From contig JABSQE010000011.1 in assembly GCA_013214245.1 (NCBI GenBank), positions 220 through 64,219 on the forward strand: a stretch of 64,000 nt of DNA, read 5' to 3'. Below, piece by piece: positions 10,434 through 20,210 of the stretch (position 1 is the first letter of the stretch; each line of letters starts with the position of its first letter). Origin of the DNA: Hyphomicrobiaceae bacterium. Lineage in GTDB: Bacteria > Pseudomonadota > Alphaproteobacteria > Rhizobiales > Hyphomicrobiaceae. The translations under genes and the position numbers were made by a program. The notes under the pieces are model-generated. The model made no database searches. It saw only the letters and a list, made by a program, of their open reading frames with translations, and was not told the DNA's origin.

Positions 10434-10979
10434 TTAACTTATTTCCTCTGATAAATAAACTCCCCATAGTTTCTTTTGAAAAATGTAACCTGCAAAGTGT
10501 CTTATTGTTACAAAACACCACTTTCCATTACAATACTTTACATTAACCAATGCACCGGCTTCCAAACGTGCTATTGTTTCCGCACCAGTCCTAGCTGAAG
10601 ATCTTAAAGCTACATAGACAGGTTGTTTTGAGGGTTTATTTGCGTCCCAAGGCATAACAAGTGCTGTACGACGCCTTGATAAGAGATGTTGTGAAACCCA
10701 GCCGCTAGTCCCCTCGACATCGCGTATGCGACGCCATGTTTTATAAGTTTGAATAATCTCCACAGGAAGGCCGGCACGACGAAAAACCCACCTTTTCGGG
10801 TATTGTCGGCCAGGTCCTGTTCTAACGTCTGCAGGACTGGCTTTGAGACTAGCAAATTGAGGTAATTTATCTGCTGTAGATCTAATTTCCTGAGGCTGTG
10901 CAGTTTCTGCAAGTATAATAAGAAAAATCGAAGCCGACGCAACTAACATACGCCTTCGCCATAGAAAAGAGCTCTCCAT
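10434..10979 (-). CDS. SH3-like (bacterial SH3b, COG3807-type) exported protein
   Basis: The start at 10979 gives a signal-like N-terminus. The core ...ASLKASPADVRTGPGRQYPKRWVFRRAGLPVEIIQTYKTWRRIRDVEGTSGWVSQHLL... is typical of this alphaproteobacterial family. The exact start is uncertain. Confidence 0.6.
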   Translation of the reverse strand: MESSFLWRRRMLVASASIFLIILAETAQPQEIRSTADKLPQFASLKASPADVRTGPGRQYPKRWVFRRAGLPVEIIQTYKTWRRIRDVEGTSGWVSQHLLSRRRTALVMPWDANKPSKQPVYVALRSSARTGAETIARLEAGALVNVKYCNGKWCFVTIRHFAGYIFQKKLWGVYLSEEIS

Positions 10980-11839
10980 TTTTTGCCATAAAAAAAACAC
11001 TTGTTTAGAATTTATTTGCATTGTTAGCAATTCATCCTGTTGATTTTTGATGTTTCTATCAGCTGGACTAGCACAACGCGAATTTAGCACTTAAGGTTAA
11101 CGAAGTGTATACAGCATTCTCTTAAAAAGTTTGCTCGCTACTTTAGATCTAATATCATTAATTTGAATAGATAATCAATAAATTGGATAGGCTCTAAGAA
11201 AAGTCGTATGTCTCTAAAAAAAACCGACGTCATAGCAAATGCATAGTATAAACCGTATCGATTGCCACAAGGTACTGTCTGAGCTTTAAATGAGTTTCCA
11301 GAATGAAGATTTACACTGAATAATGTCTCTATCTGTAACAAGACTGCATATGAAATGTTTATACATAATAATAATAAAAATTAAGTTAAATTATGGCTTA
11401 ATTAATTATAAGCTCACAACTTTGAAGGTGTAAAGTTAATACTTAAGACAGTATTAGTTAATGTCAGATGCAAATCATATGTAATGAACAAAAGTTAAAC
11501 TACCATTGTGAAATATAAACCGTGATGGCAAGTTTATCATATTTTTTACTAAGCCGTATGTTGTAGTTCGAATAGTTCGAGTTTCTCCCAATACTAAATA
11601 CTGCAATTTATTGATGTGTATACAGCTAAATTAGAAGTTATTCAAAAAATAAAAATTTGCTGTAATTCGCTATACAAAGATAGGTATGGATTCTAGGCCA
11701 GGCTTAACTTCAATACTACGTTTTACGATTTAGTTGTGAAATCTAGATATGTACTATCAAAGATTAGTATTTTAGGAGTTTATTAATTAAACTATTAGAG
11801 TTTATTTAAGATACACTGTAAAAGATTTAAATTTTGTAA

Positions 11840-12331
11840 TTAGTTTTGATCTTCTGGCAATGTGGGCAATGGTTGAACTTCAATACCTTCTTCCAACAAT
11901 TCTCGAATCTCTATGTTAGACGCCTTCCCATAAATCCCTCTTTCTTCCGCTTCCTCGTAATGAATTTTACGGGCCTCGATGGCAAATTCAGAACCTACAT
12001 AGTCTGCATTTTTTTTGACAAACTCACGTAGTTTTCTGGCAGCAGCCGCAATTCTACGTTTCGTCTTGAATGTTTCATGCTGTGGGTCAGTCGAAGCTGG
12101 TCCAGATGCAATAGCCATTCCCCCTGAGCTATTAAAGTTGGATGATGAGTGTTCTTTTCTATTAGTTTTAACGCCAATGTTAGGTGCCATAATGGCTTTA
12201 GATATTATCGTAGAACCGCACTTCGGACATTTTATAAGGTTACATTTTGATTGTTGTTCGAAGGCCTCGCTATTAGAGAACCAAGCTTCAAATGCGTGAT
12301 CTAAGTCACATTGCAATTTATAGAGGATCAT
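11840..12331 (-). CDS. DUF1178 family protein
   Basis: 163 aa. MILYKLQCDLDHAFEAWFSNSEAFEQQSKCNLIKCPKCGS..., the zinc-ribbon-like N-terminus typical of DUF1178. Lies next to grxC, as in other Rhizobiales. Confidence 0.7.
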   Translation of the reverse strand: MILYKLQCDLDHAFEAWFSNSEAFEQQSKCNLIKCPKCGSTIISKAIMAPNIGVKTNRKEHSSSNFNSSGGMAIASGPASTDPQHETFKTKRRIAAAARKLREFVKKNADYVGSEFAIEARKIHYEEAEERGIYGKASNIEIRELLEEGIEVQPLPTLPEDQN

Positions 12332-12574
12332 AGCAAATTTTTGTTTAATCTTTTTATGTTAATTAAAACTTAGGCTTAATCTGCGCAACTTGCACTATCA
12401 GAGTATGATACTAATACCTAATTTTGGCAGTGTCTTAGCACAAAAAGGTGATTATGGTGTTAACTACTCTTTATATATGCAAATCATTATTAAAAAGTAT
12501 CTAATTTTTTGATGTAATGACAGTCGTCTAGAAAAAAGAATTGAATCTTTTTAAACTTTAACTTAAAGGAATAA

Positions 12575-12832
12575 TCAATTCGATAATAGGCAATCGAGCT
12601 TGCCTTGTTGCTCCAAGTCACAAAGATCGTCGCATCCTCCTATATGTTGACTTCCGATAAAAATTTGCGGAACAGTGTGTTTGCCACCAGATAGTTTTTC
12701 CATTTCTGTCCGTTTCGATAAATTTTTGCCGACATCGATTTCCTCATATGGTATTCCTTTATTGTCGAGTAAATTTTTAGCTTTATAACAGAACGGACAA
12801 GATGTTGTAAGATAAATTACGATCTTCTGCAT
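12575..12832 (-). CDS. grxC: glutaredoxin 3
   Basis: 85 aa with the CPFC active site, TVPQIFI and GGCDDL motifs. Confidence 0.9.
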   Translation of the reverse strand: MQKIVIYLTTSCPFCYKAKNLLDNKGIPYEEIDVGKNLSKRTEMEKLSGGKHTVPQIFIGSQHIGGCDDLCDLEQQGKLDCLLSN

Positions 12833-13810
12833 TTTTGGATACCCTAATTTTATATTTCGCTTGTGATCTTGATAGTTTGTTTTCGAATACTTCGTGTTAT
12901 TATTTGTCGTTAATACTTAATATGGGCAGCTCAATACTGACACGTAACGAAGAACAAACTACCTATCGCAAAACTAAAGATTTCGTTATGTCAATCACAT
13001 TGTTGTATTCCTTATTGTTACTTTTATCCAGCAAATATTAAATTGCTGGTCCTTATTTGGTCGAATGTTGTTGGATTTAGACTAAGATCATTTTTCGGCT
13101 AAGCCTAAACTTAAGCCGTTATTCCATAACATCCAAGACTTAAAGTGTATTTTTTTAAATATGTGTTGATTTTAAATAGCAAATCACTAATTAGGTATAC
13201 CTAACGATTGACATAAAACAGCTTTGTTGAGATCAATCCATTATAATAAAGAATAAGCCATTCAAGATTAGTTAGAAAATTGTAACCTTAAAAGAATTTA
13301 TTTACACTGTCGCGCGAGACAGTTAATATGTAGCTTTGTGCTTTTCAGAACCTATATTTTTGTTTGTTTAAATAAAGTTTTCGATCAGAAATCGACAATT
13401 GATATGACTAGATGGTTTAAACACGCAACGCTTTAAAAAGGTCTGAAAACAGATTATGAATTCTTTAATTAACAACTCTAATAAAACATACGGTAAGTTT
13501 AAGTTGCTAGCTCGAATTGTATGCTTGTTAAAAGTTTTTTTTGTGGTTGAGCGACTTTGAAAATGAACGCAAGCAAATTTAATGGGGTCTAACTTTGCAA
13601 AGATACTTTTTGATCTATTTAGATTATTACAAGCATAAATTTTTAGAAACTAGACTATTATGCTTTAACACTTAACCTTTTGAAAGAAATATTATCAAAC
13701 GCATACCACAATATTGATGTTGTGTAATGGCTCACTTAATGATATGGGAATGGCTGACAGTTGGAATTCAGCTCTTAAGGTCTCAACTCTCTAATACTAT
13801 CAAGTAATGC

Positions 13811-15025
13811 TTATAATTTGCGCATCAATTCTGGCACTCTAGTCGTGCCTGAAAAACCGGCACGCATAAGCATGCGTTTAAGTGAAGGCACACTCTCTAC
13901 AAAATAAGAAAGACCGCTTCGTATGATGTGTAAACCTGGCCAAGTACTTGTTAATGAACGATTTAGCGCATCGATGCCCCAGACTCTAAGTCGTATGTCA
14001 AAAGCACGATGGTCTTGATATTGTTGTAATGTTCCTGATGCACCTATATCTAAGCCGCTCTCCCCAGCATGAGTAAGAACTTCTGTTAATATGGCGACAT
14101 CACGAAATGAGAGATTCAGTCCTTGCGCTCCAATTGGAGGGAATGCGTGCCCCGCCTCGCCAATTAGAGCGGTTCTGTTCGAGATAAGCTTGTTCGCCGT
14201 AAGCGTTGCAAGTGAAAATTGATGACGTACTTCAAGATTCTTTATTCCTCCAAGCACTCCATGTAATTGCTTTTCCAGCTGAGCTACAAAGGCATCGTCA
14301 TTTAATAACAAAGCCTTCCGTATAGCTCCAATTGTATCGACCCAAACTAAACTAGATTTATTGCCTGGTAATGGGACTACGGTCAACGGTCCGCCTGGAC
14401 GGTGAAATTCAGAAGAAATGTTATAGTGTGGCCGCGAATGTTGAAATATGGTTGTAAGGGCAGACTGCATGTACGATATCTTGTGTGCTTTCAAGCCAGT
14501 TGTTTCACGCACAATTGAATGTTGACCATCAGCCGCAATTAAAAGTTTGGCTCGTAGTGTGCTGCCCGTGCTATCTTTGACAATTACTTCTTCATTTTCA
14601 ACTTTTGTGGAGACCACATTAGTGCCTAAAACGAGTTGACAGCAGTCTAAGTTTGAATTCGCAATAGAAAGATGTTCAACAAGCTTAGAATTAGGTACAT
14701 TCCAACCTAAAGCCTGCAAGCCCAATAAATTCGCGTTAAACACCATTTCTGGACCGCGCAGTAAATGCTTCATATCATCGACAATACGGATAGCGTCTAT
14801 TCGCGCGCAGTAATTGTTCAGGTCAGACCAAATACCCAGATTATCAAGCATTACTATGCTATCGTTAAAAAGGGCAGCAGTCCTGGTATCTAGTGATTCC
14901 TTAGCAAGTTTAGGTAGCTTTCCGCAAATTGCTACGTTGAAACCAGCATGTCCCAAAGTAAGGCCTGCTAAAAGGCCTGCCGGCCCTGCACCGACAATAA
15001 CAATATCATAGGACTTAATAGTCAT
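13811..15025 (-). CDS. FAD-dependent monooxygenase, UbiH/UbiF/VisC/COQ6 family (ubiquinone hydroxylase-like)
   Basis: 404 aa. YDIVIVGAGPAGL (GxGxxG), ...LIAADGQHSIVR..., and LIGEAGHAFPPIGAQGLNLSFRDV. Confidence 0.85.
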   Translation of the reverse strand: MTIKSYDIVIVGAGPAGLLAGLTLGHAGFNVAICGKLPKLAKESLDTRTAALFNDSIVMLDNLGIWSDLNNYCARIDAIRIVDDMKHLLRGPEMVFNANLLGLQALGWNVPNSKLVEHLSIANSNLDCCQLVLGTNVVSTKVENEEVIVKDSTGSTLRAKLLIAADGQHSIVRETTGLKAHKISYMQSALTTIFQHSRPHYNISSEFHRPGGPLTVVPLPGNKSSLVWVDTIGAIRKALLLNDDAFVAQLEKQLHGVLGGIKNLEVRHQFSLATLTANKLISNRTALIGEAGHAFPPIGAQGLNLSFRDVAILTEVLTHAGESGLDIGASGTLQQYQDHRAFDIRLRVWGIDALNRSLTSTWPGLHIIRSGLSYFVESVPSLKRMLMRAGFSGTTRVPELMRKL

Positions 15026-15675
15026 AAACTAAAGTGCCTCTGCAAGTAAAATAAGGCGCATAAATCGCTGAAAAGCAATAAACTACTATTGGAGGGGGGG
15101 CAAGTTTTTTTTACAAAAGATATATCTTTGATATAGAAGAAAATTGAATCTGTAAATATTTAATGATTTAAATTACGCTGCGTTTATTCTTGTTAACCTT
15201 TGCATATTACAACAGTTAATTAAAATCTATGTGTATTCTTGAAACAATGTCACAAAATAATGCGTTTTTACTCAACCTCGTGGGATTAAGTTTGTGCTTA
15301 AAGAGGGAAGGCGACATTGAGGTGTGTCTTTGAAAAGAATTATTAGCGTAAGGGCACCCTAAAGTTAATGGACTCAGTTTTAATCTGATAATAATGTTAG
15401 GATTAGCCTCAAGTCGGTGAGGATATATTTTTTGTGTGTAGATTGTATCCTCGCAAGCAATAATTTAATAGGTTTGTGGGCAAATCAACCGAACACCATG
15501 ATTAAGGTTGCGATCCGGAAGTATCTTCGGCTAAAGATATTCTCAGATTTATCGTACGAGACTGAATAATAATAATATGTCATAATGCGATCTGCCTCAG
15601 CACAAAGCTTAGGCTGCGATATATCAGATAGTTTTGCTGAGAGGGTCCTGTGGCGTTGTCCAACGGAGTAGAGGT

Positions 15676-16818
15676 ATGATCGGAGGACTGGTTAAGTCAT
15701 CAGGCCGCATTGCGCTCGTAATTGCGGCTTGTCTTTTGTTTAATAGTGTCTTAGTGAAAGCTGCTGATCTTGGTGGTGATTGCTGTGCAGATTTGGAAGA
15801 GCGAGTTGCTGAGCTGGAATCAACCACAGCTCGTAAGGGTAATAGAAAAATCTCATTGACAGTTTATGGGCAGGTTAATCGTGCTATAGTCTGGCATGAT
15901 GATGAAAATGCTAAAGGTCACTTTCAATCGCGTGATAATAACGGTCGTTCAGGTAGCCGATTTGGCTTTAAAGGTAGAGCCAATATAAATGCTGATTTGA
16001 CCGCAGGCTACAGAATGGAAATTGGAGTTGATAATAGCGACAAAGCTAATGATGGCTCGGTAGAATATCGCCACACCATGGTTTATTTACAGAGTAAGGC
16101 CTTGGGTACGATTAAGTTAGGGCGCACTAGTTCTGCTACTGATGGTATTGCGGAAATCGCCCTGGAGAGTGCCATTTCTCAATATTCATGTGAGGAATTG
16201 CAAGATGTAATAACTAATTGCAGTACCTCTAGCATCGATGGATCACGAGAGCGAGGAGTTCACTACGTATCGCCAACATTCGCTGGCTTTTCTGTAAGTG
16301 CGTCTTGGTTTCACGATGACTCTCCAGACATAAAAAATGACGATGGTTACAGTGCAGCTCTACGGTATGCGGGTGAGTTTGGTGCAATTCGTATTGCAGC
16401 TGGCATTGGTTATCAGAATAAAGAAGATGGTTCAAACGTTGGTGATGGGACTGACACAAAAACTATTTCTGGTTCTGCATCCGTGATGCATGTTCCATCT
16501 GGTATATTTCTCAACACCGTTTACGGGGTTATTGACACAGCTGCGGATGAGCAGATTGCTTACTATATCTCCGGCGGGATTAAAGGTAAGTGGTTATTGG
16601 CTGGCTCAACAACGTTTGAAATTGGCTATGGTGCTAGTGAAAGCAATAATTATGATTCTGAGCCAATGAATATAACAGCTGGTGTTTCCCAAGAAATTGA
16701 TGCGGCAGCGATGGATGTGTACCTGATTTATCAATATAACGACGCTGATATCATGCCCTCTAACACTCTGACAAATGAATCTAACGCCATAACGGCAGGT
16801 GCTCGTATTAAATTCTGA
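15676..16818 (+). CDS. Rhizobiales outer-membrane porin (RopA/Omp2, Porin_2 type), paralogue 1
   Basis: ATG at 15676 follows GGAG/GAGG. Signal peptide ...LVKA-ADLGGDCCADLEERVAELESTTARKGNRKISL (family hallmark), then alternating beta-strand pattern ending ...AGARIKF. The 14 upstream codons in the ORF track were dropped. Confidence 0.85.
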   Translation: MIGGLVKSSGRIALVIAACLLFNSVLVKAADLGGDCCADLEERVAELESTTARKGNRKISLTVYGQVNRAIVWHDDENAKGHFQSRDNNGRSGSRFGFKGRANINADLTAGYRMEIGVDNSDKANDGSVEYRHTMVYLQSKALGTIKLGRTSSATDGIAEIALESAISQYSCEELQDVITNCSTSSIDGSRERGVHYVSPTFAGFSVSASWFHDDSPDIKNDDGYSAALRYAGEFGAIRIAAGIGYQNKEDGSNVGDGTDTKTISGSASVMHVPSGIFLNTVYGVIDTAADEQIAYYISGGIKGKWLLAGSTTFEIGYGASESNNYDSEPMNITAGVSQEIDAAAMDVYLIYQYNDADIMPSNTLTNESNAITAGARIKF

Positions 16819-16849
16819 CATAGAAGTAATTATTTCTGTTTCTTAATAG

Positions 16850-16878
16850 AGGGTTGCTTGGTTAGGGCAACCCTTTTG
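16850..16878 (+). terminator. rho-independent terminator after porin 1
   Basis: AGGGTTGC (16850-16857) pairs with GCAACCCT (16867-16874) and is followed by a T-run, 32 nt after the stop codon. Confidence 0.6.
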
Positions 16879-17294
16879 CATATGTCAGTGGCAATTTTCT
16901 CAATTGCTTTAAGTTTAGGTTATACTGATTTGGAAGCTTCTAAAAATCTTGTTCGCACTTTGAATTTATTCATACATGTAAGTTGATTGCCTAGTGAAAA
17001 TCCCTAATTAAAAAGCACCATTAAAGTCCTAGTCCGATATCATGATACAAAAAATCTGTATTCTAATTCCTCGTAGTGCATTCACTTGTTCTGACTTTTG
17101 CTCAAGTTGCAATGAATAGTTCTTTTATGATTTTTACATACAATGCAGAACATACCAGTTAGCTTCTGCAGCTTTTTTCGCGTAAAATGACGAAAAAGTG
17201 TTGCGAGAATGCAACTTTGCTGTGAATTGACCTTAATTAGTTGTATGCGATATTTGCGTTGATGAGATTCCTAGCATACATATACTATTAGTAG

Positions 17295-17562
17295 TGAGTC
17301 GTGCGGTCGAATCCCGCGAGGGGTCTGCAACATAGAACGCATATTTAAAGTTCCGAGCATTTAGCGTTTTCGCAGCAGAGAGCATGTCCGGTGGTTAATT
17401 GAGCCGCACGAAGTTTTTCGCGTCAGTCGTGAGTTTGTATCGCGTCCGGTCAGAACTGTGTGCGCACACGCGCGTGCGTACCGTTGTGTCCGGGCACGGG
17501 CTGTCGCCGGACAGCGCGTGGTGCTTTCTGCAATAACTGCAACCACAGACGTGGAGAATATT
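17295..17562 (+). promoter_or_regulatory. GC-rich, palindrome-dense upstream/leader region of porin 2
   Basis: I counted 77 of 120 bases as G/C in 17401-17520, against 20 of 60 in 17041-17100. There is a perfect 12-bp palindrome GTGTGCGCACAC (17458-17469), a 7-bp stem TGTCCGG/CCGGACA (17487-17493 / 17507-17513), and GGAGA 6 nt before the ATG. Confidence 0.35.
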
Positions 17563-18804
17563 ATGACTGGGGGACTTGTGAAGTCTATAAGCCGTATGGC
17601 CATTGCCACCGCTGCTGGTGCAATGTTTGCTGCGGCCGGTTACGCTGCTGATTTGGGTGGCGATTGCTGTGCAGATCTTGAAGAGCGTATTGCGGAGTTG
17701 GAAGCCACCTCTGCACGTAAAGGTAATCGCCGTGTTTCGTTGGCTGTGTCAGGTCACGTGAACGAAGCGATAGTTTTCTGGGAAGTAGATGGTGCGGCTG
17801 AGAATAATGATACGAATACTTCATTCGTATCACACAATGCGTCGCGTTCTCGTTTTCGTTTTGATGGCGAAGCTATAATTACACCTGATTGGTCTGCAGG
17901 TTTCCTAATGGAGTTCGGCGTTCGCCGTAACGATTCATCTGCTGTCGACCAAGATACGCCTGTTGCGTCAAAAGGGTTGGATGTGCGCCACGAAGCGCTT
18001 TATCTGAAGTCTAAACGGTTTGGTACTGTGTGGTTGGGCTGGACATCAGCGGCAACCGACGGTATTACTGAGATTTGTCTGGGTTGTGGTTTGGGTAACG
18101 GGCCAGACTACAGCGATGATATGGGCGGCTTGAAAGCTGGCGGAGATGTTACTTTTGCTCAACATGGTGGCGCTTCAGTTGCGTTTGCGGGTGAGGGTGA
18201 TCGTCGAGATGTAGTTCGCTATATTTCTCCGACATTTATCGGTTTTGCTTTTTCTGCCTCCACTGGCGGTGACGACTATTGGGATGCTGCTCTTACTTAT
18301 GGTCGAGAAGTTAAAGGTATTCGTCTAGCTTTTGGAGTTGGCTATTCTCAAGATACAGATGGGAGTGCAGCTAACAGCTCTGTGTCAGGTGCTTCCTGCA
18401 CTAATAAAAATGCAGATGGTGAGCGCGACTGTCGTTCGCTCGGGTTATCCGGTAGTTTGATGCACTTACCCTCTGGTGTCTACATTGCTTCTGCGTTTGG
18501 TATGAATGAGGATGGTTTAGCAAATTCTGGTGAGGATACCAACACTGGTTGGCATGTCACAGCTGGTGTTAACCGAAAGTTTAGCCCTTTAGGTAAGACA
18601 AATCTTTGGGCGATGTACACTACTAATGAAAGAGAGATTGGTCAAGACTCTAGTCTCGATGTGTACGGTGTAGGCGTAGAGCAGAAAATTGATGCGGCTG
18701 CTATGGATCTGTATCTTTGGTACAAACATATGGATGCTGAGCTAGGTGGTAATGACAACGGTACTCTTGATCAAATTGTACTTGGTTCTCGCATTAAGTT
18801 TTAA
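17563..18804 (+). CDS. Rhizobiales outer-membrane porin (RopA/Omp2, Porin_2 type), paralogue 2
   Basis: ATG at 17563 follows GGAGA. Signal peptide ...AAGYA-ADLGGDCCADLEERIAELEATSARKGNRRVSL, ending ...LGSRIKF. The 35 upstream in-frame codons in the ORF track translate the GC-rich leader and were dropped. Confidence 0.85.
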   Translation: MTGGLVKSISRMAIATAAGAMFAAAGYAADLGGDCCADLEERIAELEATSARKGNRRVSLAVSGHVNEAIVFWEVDGAAENNDTNTSFVSHNASRSRFRFDGEAIITPDWSAGFLMEFGVRRNDSSAVDQDTPVASKGLDVRHEALYLKSKRFGTVWLGWTSAATDGITEICLGCGLGNGPDYSDDMGGLKAGGDVTFAQHGGASVAFAGEGDRRDVVRYISPTFIGFAFSASTGGDDYWDAALTYGREVKGIRLAFGVGYSQDTDGSAANSSVSGASCTNKNADGERDCRSLGLSGSLMHLPSGVYIASAFGMNEDGLANSGEDTNTGWHVTAGVNRKFSPLGKTNLWAMYTTNEREIGQDSSLDVYGVGVEQKIDAAAMDLYLWYKHMDAELGGNDNGTLDQIVLGSRIKF

Positions 18805-18826
18805 TATTATAGTAGTTGTAATTATA

Positions 18827-18853
18827 ACAGGGACGCTTGCGTCCCTGTTTTTT
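18827..18853 (+). terminator. rho-independent terminator after porin 2
   Basis: CAGGGAC-GCTTGC-GTCCCTG hairpin followed by TTTTTTG, about 25 nt after the stop codon. Confidence 0.7.
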
Positions 18854-19700
18854 GTTTGTCACTGGTTAATTCTTTAGTTTTGTGGTTGAAATTATTTACA
18901 CTTTAAATGCAGCATTAATTATTAATGATTTTAATTAAGCTAGCCTATTTTTATTTGAATATCGGCATCTTGCTTTATCAGATTTATAGAGAATAAAGTA
19001 GCAAATGAGAAGCACTAGTACCTATATCCTAGACGTATTAGACAATCTGATGAAAAATAAAGAGTTAATCTGCAGTAAAAATTATTTCATTATATTTATT
19101 TAACCTGAAAGTTGGCAGCTTTAAGCTATGTTACATGAATTCAAAACTCTTTCCCGCGAAGCGACTAAAAAACAACGCGACTTCATTAGTATAAGTAACA
19201 GTCTTTATCTTTAGATGAGCTAAAATTATAAGGAAATGTGTATGTAATTCTTCTTATCTCAATGCTTTGCAATAAATCAAATCTTTTTAGTTTAAAGAGA
19301 GTTATTAAGAAGATATTTGGCACATCTTTAAATGGAACGACAACGAAGTGTTTATGTAGAATTACTGCACTGACATTATTCTTAAGCCAGTCCAATGAAA
19401 TTTAGGTATGTTGTTATAATATTAAGCAGATAAGCATAGATCAAAAGTATAATTTTCATTTGTGTCGTGTCTCATTCATGAGCTGTCTACACAAGGTAGT
19501 TTGCAACATAAAGTCATTGTTTCATACAAATTTGTATTTTGTAACTTCAAATTTTTGATCAGGTTCATTGTTTTATAAGTTAAACTTAGACGTTTGTCTC
19601 ATAAGTTCACTTATAAGCATACATAGCAAGTTTTGGTGCTGCTAAAATAGGATCAGGAAATTTGAACTTTAAAGTAAGATTTTAACAAATTAATTCTTTC

Positions 19701-20114
19701 CTATGGATTATTTCCGATTGTAAAATCACGTCGAGCAACTCTTATTCCAATAGTGTAACCTGCGATAACATCAATCAGCGAACCAACCACAACAAAGAAA
19801 AAAACAGATGTATGAGCTTGAGGCAATAGCAAGAACTCAACTAGACAAATTACGAATAAGATCATTGAAAGTGCGTGATCAAGTAATGAGATGCTTGAAG
19901 TGTATGTTGATTTCAAAAGTTCGAAAAACATTAACACGAATAGAGATAAGACAAGCAGGTCGCCAGTTGTCAGTTCCCAGAAACCTGTCATCATTGGTAC
20001 TATTAATACCTTGAATTCAAGTACTTCGTAAGGTTTAACACCTCCTGCAAATAATACTATCAAGTTATATGCTAAAAACACAAAAACTAGCAGTGGAATA
20101 GAACGAACTGACAT
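19701..20114 (-). CDS. small polytopic membrane protein, function unknown
   Basis: 137 aa with about four hydrophobic spans (IPLLVFVFLAYNLIVLFAG, LLVLSLFVLMFFELL, ILFVICLVEFLLL, VFFFVVVGSLIDVIAGY). I recognise no catalytic motif. Confidence 0.5.
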   Translation of the reverse strand: MSVRSIPLLVFVFLAYNLIVLFAGGVKPYEVLEFKVLIVPMMTGFWELTTGDLLVLSLFVLMFFELLKSTYTSSISLLDHALSMILFVICLVEFLLLPQAHTSVFFFVVVGSLIDVIAGYTIGIRVARRDFTIGNNP

Positions 20115-20210
20115 AAAATACCTCTAATCACATTAAGAGTAGAGTTTGATCGCAGGATAAACTTTAGTTGGAAGCACTAATTTGAACTACATATAGACTT
20201 ATAATTATGA

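Noticed and set aside
11138-11341. Short ORFs isolated in AT-rich spacers: 11138-11341, 12835-13041, 19186-19395, 20516-20710, 22442-22630, 38106-38327, 42730-42996, 61348-61659 and 61383-61616.
   Set aside because: These are typical AT-rich chance ORFs, rich in Ile/Leu/Phe/Lys/Asn. They have no ribosome-binding sites or motifs, and several overlap each other or real genes.
15634-15675. N-terminal extensions of both porin ORFs as given in the track (15634 and 17458 starts).
   Set aside because: Internal ATGs at 15676 and 17563 are preceded by GGAG-type SD sequences and give canonical signal peptides. The extensions translate leader DNA (Arg/Cys-rich for porin 2) and break the signal-peptide logic.
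17302-17318. tRNA T-arm-like hairpin TGCGG-TCGAATC-CCGCG, which could have been a tRNA gene.
   Set aside because: The loop lacks the TTC of T-psi-C (it reads TCGAATC). No complementary acceptor 5' strand, D-arm or anticodon arm can be drawn in the 70 nt upstream. At most it is a tRNA-derived fragment, and it is mentioned only as such in a finding.
17361-17833. ORFs 17361-17609(-), 17460-17651(+) and 17585-17833(-) around the GC-rich block.
   Set aside because: They owe their length to the GC-rich composition, which has few stop codons. They overlap the porin 2 start and each other, and their translations are Arg/Cys/Thr-rich nonsense.
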